A stretch of 44,619 nt of DNA. Source: an uncultured Janthinobacterium sp. (GTDB lineage: Bacteria; Vulcanimicrobiota; Vulcanimicrobiia; Vulcanimicrobiales; Vulcanimicrobiaceae). The notes under the pieces are model-generated. The model had not been told where the DNA came from and did no database searches. It saw only the letters and a program-made list of their open reading frames with translations. Every line of letters starts with the position of its first letter. Positions within the stretch are counted from its first letter, which is position 1. A program made the position numbers and the translations under genes. Shown here piece after piece: positions 37,866 to 44,619 of this stretch. The stretch lies in NCBI GenBank assembly GCA_964658025.1, contig CAZZXB010000006.1, positions 1 through 44,619 on the forward strand, written 5' to 3'.

Positions 37866-39026
37866 ATGGAAAGCCCCTTAGCCGGTCGCGGCGTCCTCGA
37901 TCGACGTTTGATGCGCGCCCTCCTGATCGTGGCGCTCGCGCTCGCGGGCGGCGGTCTCGTATGGATGATCTCGGCCGTCTTCGCGCACGTCCACAACACG
38001 CTCGTCATCGCGATCTTCGCGGTGCTCTTCGCGTACGTCGTGTATCCGCCGATCGCGCTCCTCGTGCGACGCGGCGTCCCCGTCGCGATCGCGGGCATCG
38101 TCGTCTACGCCGTCCTCGCGGTGTTCGCGCTCCTGGCGATCGCGTGGCTCGCACCCGCGATCGCCGCGCAGACGCAAGACCTCACGCAAAACTTTCCGCA
38201 CATCGTCGCGAACGTCCAGCGCGAGATCGCGAACCCGACGGATCTCCCGTTGCTCCAGCACCTCCCGTCGGGCGTCCGCGATCAGATCGCGAAGAACGCC
38301 GGGAAAGCCGGCCAACTCGCCGGTGGTGCCGCCGCCGCCGTCGGTTCGAACGCGGTCGTGCTCGTGACCGGAACGACGACCGTCCTCGTCGATATCGCGC
38401 TCGTCCTGGGCCTCACGTTATTGATCGTCGGCGATCTCCCGCAGATCGCCCATTTCGGACTGCGCCTCGTCCCGCGCGCGCAGCGGACGGGTGCGGTATC
38501 GTTCATGCGCGACGTCGACGTCGTCGTCGGCGGATTCGTCCGCGGACAGGTCGCGATCGCCCTCGGCATCGCGGCCGTCGGCTCGGTCGTGCTCGCGGCG
38601 GTCGGCGTGCCCTACGCGATCTTACTCGGCCTGCTCGCGGGCGTGATCAGCATCGTGCCGCTGGTCGGCCCGATCGCCGCCGTGATCCCGGTGCTCGCGA
38701 TCTCGCTCCTCACCGTCGGGCTCGTGAAATCGATCGTCGTGGTCGTCTTGTTCGGCATCATCCTCGCCGTGCAACAGAACGTGCTCGTCCCGCTCGTCGT
38801 CTCGAAATCCGTCGGCGTGACGCCGCTCGTCGTGTTCGTCGCGTTACTGCTCGGCAGCGAAGCCTTCGGGATCCTCGGCGCGTTGCTCTCGATTCCGCTC
38901 GCCGGCATCCTGCGCGTCGCGGCGCTCCGGCTCTTTCCGCCCGATCCGACGATCGATGCGGCCGTCCTCGCCGACTCCGCGCGGAAAACGGACGCGCAGG
39001 TCGCGGCGCGGATCGGTTCGCGCTAA
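37866..39026 (+). CDS. AI-2E (PerM/TqsA) family transporter
   Basis: AYVVYP, GGFVRGQ, GVPYA.LLG, IVPLVGP, QQNVLVP, G..GALLSIP. Start ATG 37866. Confidence 0.9.
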   Translation: MESPLAGRGVLDRRLMRALLIVALALAGGGLVWMISAVFAHVHNTLVIAIFAVLFAYVVYPPIALLVRRGVPVAIAGIVVYAVLAVFALLAIAWLAPAIAAQTQDLTQNFPHIVANVQREIANPTDLPLLQHLPSGVRDQIAKNAGKAGQLAGGAAAAVGSNAVVLVTGTTTVLVDIALVLGLTLLIVGDLPQIAHFGLRLVPRAQRTGAVSFMRDVDVVVGGFVRGQVAIALGIAAVGSVVLAAVGVPYAILLGLLAGVISIVPLVGPIAAVIPVLAISLLTVGLVKSIVVVVLFGIILAVQQNVLVPLVVSKSVGVTPLVVFVALLLGSEAFGILGALLSIPLAGILRVAALRLFPPDPTIDAAVLADSARKTDAQVAARIGSR

Positions 39027-42000
39027 GCGGGAGCCGCGAACGCCACGAGCAGATCGCCCGCGGCGACGCGCGCGCCGACGCGGGTGTGGAGCGATTCGAC
39101 GATACCGTCGGTCGACGCGTTGACGACCGTCTGCATCTTCATCGCCTCGATCGTGAGGATCGGATCGCCCTTGTGGACCGAGAGTCCCTCGGAGACGTTG
39201 ACCTTCACGATCTGACCCGGCATCGGCGCGCCGATCTCGAGCGCGTTCCCGCTTTCGGCTTTCCGCGTCTGCGCCGTCTTGTCGCCGAGTCGCGCGTCCT
39301 TCACGACGACGGGTCGCGCCTGACCGTTGAGCTCGAAATACACGACGCGGTTGCCCTCGGCGTCGGCCTCACCGAGCGCGGCGTAACGGACCGCGAGCGT
39401 CTTCCCGCGCTCGAGTTCGATATCGACCTCGCGCATCACGTCCATCCCGTAGAAGAACACGGGCGTCGGAAGCGCGGCGACGCGTCCGAACCGCGCCTGA
39501 TGCTCGGCGAACTCGACGAACACGCTCGGGTACATGAGGTACGACGCGAACTCGTCGTCGTCGATCGCGCGGTCGACGAGCTTCTCCGCTTCCGCGCGCA
39601 TCGCCGGAAGATCGGCCGGCGGGATCGTCGCGCCCGGCCGCTCCGTGAGCGGTTTGCGACCGGCGAGCACCTTGCGTTGTAACGCTTCGGGAAAACCGCC
39701 GGGCGGTTGCCCGAGATAGCCTTCGAAGAACTCGACGACCGATTGCGGGAAGGCGATCTCGTGCTCGGGATCCTCGACCATCGCGCGCGTGAGATCGCCC
39801 GAGACCATGAAGAGCGCCATGTCGCCGACGACTTTCGACGTGGGCGTGACCTTCACGATATCGCCGAACATCCGATTGACCTCGGCGAAGGTTTTCGTCA
39901 CCTCGGGCCAGCGCTCGCCGAGTCCCATCGACGCCGCCTGCTCGCGCAAGTTCGTGTATTGGCCGCCCGGCATCTCGTGCAAGTAGACGTCGGACGAGCC
40001 GGCGCGCATGTCGCTCTCGAACCCGCGGTAGAAGCGGCGCGTCGATTCCCAATAACGCGAGATCTCGTCGATCGCCTCCGCGCGCAAACCCGTATCGCGC
40101 GCCGAGTGACGGACGGCGGCGGCGATCGTGCCGAGATTGGGTTGGGACGTGAGCCCGCTCATCGAATCGATCGCGGCGTCGACCGCATCGACCCCGGCGT
40201 CGATCGCCGCGATCACGCTCGCGCCGCTGTTACCGCTCGTATCGTGGGTGTGGAAATGGATCGGTAACCCGATCTCGTTTTTGAGCGCCGTGATGAGTCG
40301 CTTCGCGGCTTCCGGTTTGAGCAGACCGCCCATGTCCTTGATGCCCAGGATGTGCGCGCCCGTGGCCTCGAGTTCTTTCGCCAGCGCGACGTAGTAGGCG
40401 AGATCGTATTTCGGGCGTGCGGGGTCGAGGATGTCGCCCGTGTAGCACATCGCCGCCTCGCAGAGCGTCCCGCTCTCGAGCACCGCATCGATCGTCACGC
40501 GCATGTTCTCGACCCAGTTGAGCGAGTCGAACACGCGGAACACGTCGACCCCCGCGCCCGCCGCGCGCGCGATGAAGTAGCGCACGACGTTATCGGGATA
40601 GCTCGTGTAACCCACGCCGTTCGCCCCGCGGACGAGCGCTTGCAGCATGATGTTGGGGACCGCCTCGCGGATCTCGGCGAGCCGCGCCCACGGATCTTCT
40701 CTGAGAAAACGCATCGCGACGTCGAACGTCGCGCCGCCCCAACATTCGAGCGAGAAGAGCTCGGGGAGCAGACGCGCGTACGCGGGCGCGATGCGGACGA
40801 TATCGCGCGTGCGGACCCGGGTCGCGAGCAGCGACTGATGCGCGTCGCGCATCGTCGTATCGGTGACGAGCACGCGCTTCTCGTCGCGCATCCACGCGAC
40901 GAATTTTTCCGGTCCGAGCGCGAGGAGCATGTCGCGCGTGCCGCGTCGCACCTCGTTTCCGTCCGCCGACGGAACCGCGGGCTCCACGCGCTGCTCCGCG
41001 ACCGTCTTCCCGCGGACTTCGGGATTGCCGTTGACGATCGTCTCGCCGATGAAGTTGAGCAGACGCGTCGCGCGATCGCGATGTTGGGGAACGTCGAGCG
41101 CGGCCGCGTTGTCGTCGAGAAAACGCGTCGTGATGTCGCCGTTGACGAAATCGGGATGGGAGAGCAGGCCTTCGAGAAACGCGACGTTGGTCGCCACGCC
41201 GCGCACGCGGAATTCGCGGAGCGCGCGGAGCGTCCGCGCGCGCGTCTCGTCGAAGGTGCGGCCCCACACCGTTACCTTTTCGAGTAACGAATCGTAGAAC
41301 GGCGTGATGACGGCGCCCGCGTAGGCCGCGCCGTCGAGGCGCACGCCGAATCCGGTCGCCGGACGGTAGACCGAGATCTGTCCGTAGGTCGGCGTGAAGT
41401 TGTTCTCGGCGTCTTCGGTCGTCACGCGACACTGCAGCGCGTGCCCGCGGATCGAGATGTCGTCCTGCGCGGGCACGTCGCTCTCCGGCGTCCCGATCGC
41501 GGCGCCCGCGGCGATGCGGATCTGCGCCTTCACGAGATCGATCCCCGTGACTTGCTCCGTGACCGTATGCTCGACTTGGATGCGCGGATTGACCTCGATG
41601 AAGTACGCGCGTTCGGCGTCGAGATCGACGAGAAACTCGACCGTCCCCGCGTTGTCGTATCCCACCGCGCGTGCGATCCGTAGCGCGGACGAGAGCATCG
41701 TCGAGCGCAACTCGTCCGAGAGCCCGCGCGCGGGCGCTTCCTCGACGACCTTTTGATGCCGGCGTTGGACGCTGCAATCGCGCTCGCCGAGATGGACGAC
41801 CGTCCCGTGCGAGTCGCCGAGCACCTGCACTTCGATGTGTCGCGAACGCGCGACGTAGCGCTCCGCGTAGATCTCGTCGTTACCGAAGGCGGACTGCGCT
41901 TCGCGGCGCGAGAGACCGAGATTTTCGAGGAAGGCCGACTCCTCGCGCACGACGCGCATCCCGCGACCGCCGCCGCCCCAACTCGCCTTGAGCATGAGCG

Positions 42001-42484
42001 GGAAACCGACGGCGCGCGCGCTCTCGAGCGCCGTCGCGTCGTCCGCGGCGAGCGCGTCGCTCGCGGGGACGACCGCGACGTCGGCCTCGGTCGCGAGCGC
42101 GCGTGCGGAGACCTTGTTGCCGAGACGTCGCATCGCCGACGACGTCGGCCCGACGAAGAGGATGCCGGCCGCGCGCACGGCGTCGGCGAAATCGGGATTT
42201 TCCGAAAGAAACCCGTAGCCCGGATGGATCGCGTCGACGCGCGCCTCGAGCGCGATCCGAACGATGTCGTCGATATCGAGATAGGCCGCGACGGGCGACT
42301 TCCCGGCGCCGACGAGGTAGCTCTCGTCCGCTTTGAACCGGTGGAGTGCGAAGCGATCTTCGTGCGAGTAGATCGCGACCGTGACGATCTCGAGTTCCGT
42401 CGCCGCGCGACAGACGCGGATCGCGATCTCGCCGCGATTCGCCACGAGCAATCGACGCACGGTCGTAACGGCGCTGGTCGTCAT
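39023..42484 (-). CDS. pyc: Pyruvate carboxylase
   Basis: LVANRGEIAIR, HPGYGFLSEN, RDCSVQRRHQK, DTTMRDAHQS, HFHTHD, HEMPGGQY, KVTPTSK, EAMKM biotin site. Start ATG 42484. Confidence 0.97.
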   Translation of the reverse strand: MTTSAVTTVRRLLVANRGEIAIRVCRAATELEIVTVAIYSHEDRFALHRFKADESYLVGAGKSPVAAYLDIDDIVRIALEARVDAIHPGYGFLSENPDFADAVRAAGILFVGPTSSAMRRLGNKVSARALATEADVAVVPASDALAADDATALESARAVGFPLMLKASWGGGGRGMRVVREESAFLENLGLSRREAQSAFGNDEIYAERYVARSRHIEVQVLGDSHGTVVHLGERDCSVQRRHQKVVEEAPARGLSDELRSTMLSSALRIARAVGYDNAGTVEFLVDLDAERAYFIEVNPRIQVEHTVTEQVTGIDLVKAQIRIAAGAAIGTPESDVPAQDDISIRGHALQCRVTTEDAENNFTPTYGQISVYRPATGFGVRLDGAAYAGAVITPFYDSLLEKVTVWGRTFDETRARTLRALREFRVRGVATNVAFLEGLLSHPDFVNGDITTRFLDDNAAALDVPQHRDRATRLLNFIGETIVNGNPEVRGKTVAEQRVEPAVPSADGNEVRRGTRDMLLALGPEKFVAWMRDEKRVLVTDTTMRDAHQSLLATRVRTRDIVRIAPAYARLLPELFSLECWGGATFDVAMRFLREDPWARLAEIREAVPNIMLQALVRGANGVGYTSYPDNVVRYFIARAAGAGVDVFRVFDSLNWVENMRVTIDAVLESGTLCEAAMCYTGDILDPARPKYDLAYYVALAKELEATGAHILGIKDMGGLLKPEAAKRLITALKNEIGLPIHFHTHDTSGNSGASVIAAIDAGVDAVDAAIDSMSGLTSQPNLGTIAAAVRHSARDTGLRAEAIDEISRYWESTRRFYRGFESDMRAGSSDVYLHEMPGGQYTNLREQAASMGLGERWPEVTKTFAEVNRMFGDIVKVTPTSKVVGDMALFMVSGDLTRAMVEDPEHEIAFPQSVVEFFEGYLGQPPGGFPEALQRKVLAGRKPLTERPGATIPPADLPAMRAEAEKLVDRAIDDDEFASYLMYPSVFVEFAEHQARFGRVAALPTPVFFYGMDVMREVDIELERGKTLAVRYAALGEADAEGNRVVYFELNGQARPVVVKDARLGDKTAQTRKAESGNALEIGAPMPGQIVKVNVSEGLSVHKGDPILTIEAMKMQTVVNASTDGIVESLHTRVGARVAAGDLLVAFAAPA

Positions 42485-42557
42485 CGGGACGCGGTTCTCT
42501 GCGGGGTCGCGGACTCCGGCTCGGTTGCGAACCGAACGGTCGGTCGCGACCGCTCGC

Positions 42558-43730
42558 TCAGGCCGTGCGGGCGGCCGGAGCGGGGACGGCGCGACGCTCG
42601 AGCGCTCGCGAGACGAGATTCGTTCCGAGCGCGAGCACGGCGATCGCGGCGCCGTACCACGGCAGTGCGGCGTAATCGGCGCTCGTGCCGATCGCGAGGC
42701 CGCCGATCCACGCACCCGACGCGTTGCCGAGGTTGAAGGCGCCCTGATTCAAGGTCGACGCCATGTTCGGCGCGTCGGCCGCCTCGTTCACGATCCGCAT
42801 CTGCAGGAGCGGCACGAGCGCGAAGGCGAGCACGCCCCACACGAAAACGGTCGCGATGGCGGCGACCGCATTCCGACTCGTGAACGCGAACGCGACGAGG
42901 ACGCCGACGAGCACGCAGAAGGTCGCGAGCATCGCGGGCATGAGCTTCCAATCCGCGAGTCGGCCCCCGAGGAAGCTCCCGATCGTCAGGCCGACGCCGA
43001 AGACGAACAGGACGACCGTCACGATCTTCGGCGAGAGGCCCGTCACGTGTTCGAGCAGCGGCGTGATGTAGGTGAAAACGCAGAAGAGACTCGCCGACGC
43101 GAGCACGCTCATCGCCATCGCGAGCAACACTTGCGTGTTGCCGATCGCGCGGATCTCGCGCCGCGCGTCGCCCTGCGGCATCGGAAGCTTCCCCGGCAAC
43201 CAGAGCGCGACCGCGAGCGCCGCGGCGAGCCCGATGCCGACGACGGACGCGAACGTCGAGCGCCAGCCGAACGCTTCGCCGAGCGCGGTCCCCGCCGGCA
43301 CGCCGAGCACGTTCGCGAGCGTGAGTCCGGCGAACATGAGCGCGATCGCCTGCGCCCGTTTCTCCTGCGGCACGAGCCCCGCCGCGACGACGGAGCCGAT
43401 CCCGAAAAACGCGCCGTGGCAGAACGCGGTGACGATGCGCGCGAGGAGCAACACCGCGTAGTTTCCCGAGATCGCGCAGAGCGCGTTCCCGAGGATGAAG
43501 ACGCCGATCATTCCGAGGAGCGCGGGCTTACGCGGGATGCGCGCGCACGCGAGCGAGACGATCGGCGCGCCGACGACGACGCCGAGCGCGTATCCCGAAA
43601 CGAGATACCCCGCTTGCGGGATCGTGACGTGGAGATCGCGCGCGACGTCGGGCAGAAGTCCCACGATGACGAATTCGGTCGTACCGATTCCGAACGCGCC
43701 GAGCGCGAGCGCGATGAGCGAGAGGGGCAT
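42558..43730 (-). CDS. MFS transporter, DHA1/AraJ-YdhP-like
   Basis: LALGAFGIGTTEF, YALGVVVGAP, CHGAFFG, ANVLGVP.G, GG.LAD, FNLGNA.GA; about 12 hydrophobic segments. Confidence 0.93.
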   Translation of the reverse strand: MPLSLIALALGAFGIGTTEFVIVGLLPDVARDLHVTIPQAGYLVSGYALGVVVGAPIVSLACARIPRKPALLGMIGVFILGNALCAISGNYAVLLLARIVTAFCHGAFFGIGSVVAAGLVPQEKRAQAIALMFAGLTLANVLGVPAGTALGEAFGWRSTFASVVGIGLAAALAVALWLPGKLPMPQGDARREIRAIGNTQVLLAMAMSVLASASLFCVFTYITPLLEHVTGLSPKIVTVVLFVFGVGLTIGSFLGGRLADWKLMPAMLATFCVLVGVLVAFAFTSRNAVAAIATVFVWGVLAFALVPLLQMRIVNEAADAPNMASTLNQGAFNLGNASGAWIGGLAIGTSADYAALPWYGAAIAVLALGTNLVSRALERRAVPAPAARTA

Positions 43731-43823
43731 ATCTCTCGTAAGGCCGAGATCGGAGAAAGCGATGCGAACGTAGTTTCTTTCATCGCACGAATCGTCGTAC
43801 GGCGTCTCGTTCCTCGGCCGACG

Positions 43824-44618
43824 TTACCCCGCGTTCGTGTACGTGCCGTCCGGGGTCATCGCGCGGATCGTCTTGAGCGACATCGAGACCGCGCTCTTGA
43901 AGCGGGTCCCGTACGAATAGACGCGCATGTCGAACGGCTCCATGTCTTTGGGGAACGCGCGATATTTCGCGACGCCGAACGGGATCGCGGGCGTCGTCCA
44001 GATCTCGACGCGCGAGAGTCGATGCCTCGCGTCGGTCTTGCCGACGAATTCGGCGACGACGTGCGTGGTCTCGTGCGCCGATAGCGGCCCGCGCGCCGAG
44101 TCTTCCGGTCCGGCATACGCGATCGGCCCGGGGAGCCGTAGCGTTTCTTTTTTCGAGGAGACGATCCGAACGGGACGATCGTCGTACAAGTAATTCACGT
44201 CGAGAAGTTTGAGGGTCGCATCGGTTTGCGGCTGCGTCTGGCCGCCCTCGACGTCGGCCCAGCGCGTGAGCGTCGTCCCGGAATCGGCGACGTCGGCGAG
44301 CACGGGTTGCGGAACGAGTAACGAACCGAAGCGATCGCCCTTGAGGTACGTGCGCTTCATCGTATTGGGATTGCAGGCGCCGCCCGGAAGCCCGACCTGG
44401 GTTTCGAAGTACCGGAGATCGTTCGTCTCCGTCGCCTCGGTGGCGACGCCGATCTGCTTCTGATACGCCACGCCCGTGCCGAGGATGAGTCGGACCCACT
44501 CGCCCGGCTTCGGCTGCGGCGCCCCCGCGACGAGCGACGCCTGCGTCGAGCCGACGAGAAAGTCGGCGAACGCCGGAAAGGGGATCGAGGCCGCGCCGAT
44601 CGCCGCGAGCGATCCGCC
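43824..44618 (-). CDS. Hypothetical, probably secreted protein, 5'-truncated by the window edge
   Basis: The frame is open to the edge: GGSLAAIGAASIPFPAFA-DFLVGSTQ...PKPGEWVRLILG... continues into ORF 43824..44471; AFA resembles a signal peptidase site. Confidence 0.7.
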   Translation of the reverse strand, partial: GGSLAAIGAASIPFPAFADFLVGSTQASLVAGAPQPKPGEWVRLILGTGVAYQKQIGVATEATETNDLRYFETQVGLPGGACNPNTMKRTYLKGDRFGSLLVPQPVLADVADSGTTLTRWADVEGGQTQPQTDATLKLLDVNYLYDDRPVRIVSSKKETLRLPGPIAYAGPEDSARGPLSAHETTHVVAEFVGKTDARHRLSRVEIWTTPAIPFGVAKYRAFPKDMEPFDMRVYSYGTRFKSAVSMSLKTIRAMTPDGTYTNAG

Positions 44619-44619
44619 C

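Noticed and set aside
1..44619. CRISPR arrays, tRNA/rRNA, IS elements, prophage or known defence operons
   Set aside because: No regularly spaced repeats, RNA gene signatures, transposases, integrases or phage genes were seen; intergenic gaps are short.

Overview
High-GC bacterial chromosome segment, densely coding, with about 31 genes; both window edges cut a CDS. The gene repertoire, very CG-rich codon style and a Gram-positive-type SOS box would fit a Terrabacteria lineage such as Ca. Eremiobacterota, but this is a guess. Order: partial dynamin-like protein, nagA, GAF-PAS-PAS-GAF-GGDEF diguanylate cyclase, liv-type ABC operon, VanZ-like protein, metH, degenerate Fic-HTH protein, LuxR regulator, atypical PQQ dehydrogenase plus c-type cytochrome, GntR, gamma-carbonic-anhydrase-like protein, orphan RND pump, class 3 asparaginase, a small lower-GC islet, M16 peptidase, cysK, MBL nuclease-ATP-dependent ligase-GNAT cluster, dienelactone hydrolase, PAS-PAS-PP2C-HATPase, acyl-CoA dehydrogenase, AI-2E transporter, pyc, MFS transporter, partial secreted hypothetical protein. 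No rRNA, tRNA, CRISPR array, transposase or integrase was seen. The most notable observations are: (1) a PQQ dehydrogenase with a remodelled, possibly lanthanide-type metal site coupled to a cytochrome with an unrecognised N-terminal domain; (2) a Fic pseudo-enzyme with an HTH tail, an upstream inverted repeat and an ambiguous or frameshifted start; (3) a dynamin-like protein with a degenerate C-terminal G domain; (4) a consensus LexA box in front of the nuclease-ligase pair; (5) a lower-GC islet with a stop-interrupted ORF coupled to an immunity-like gene. All calls come from reading motifs by eye; no searches were run.
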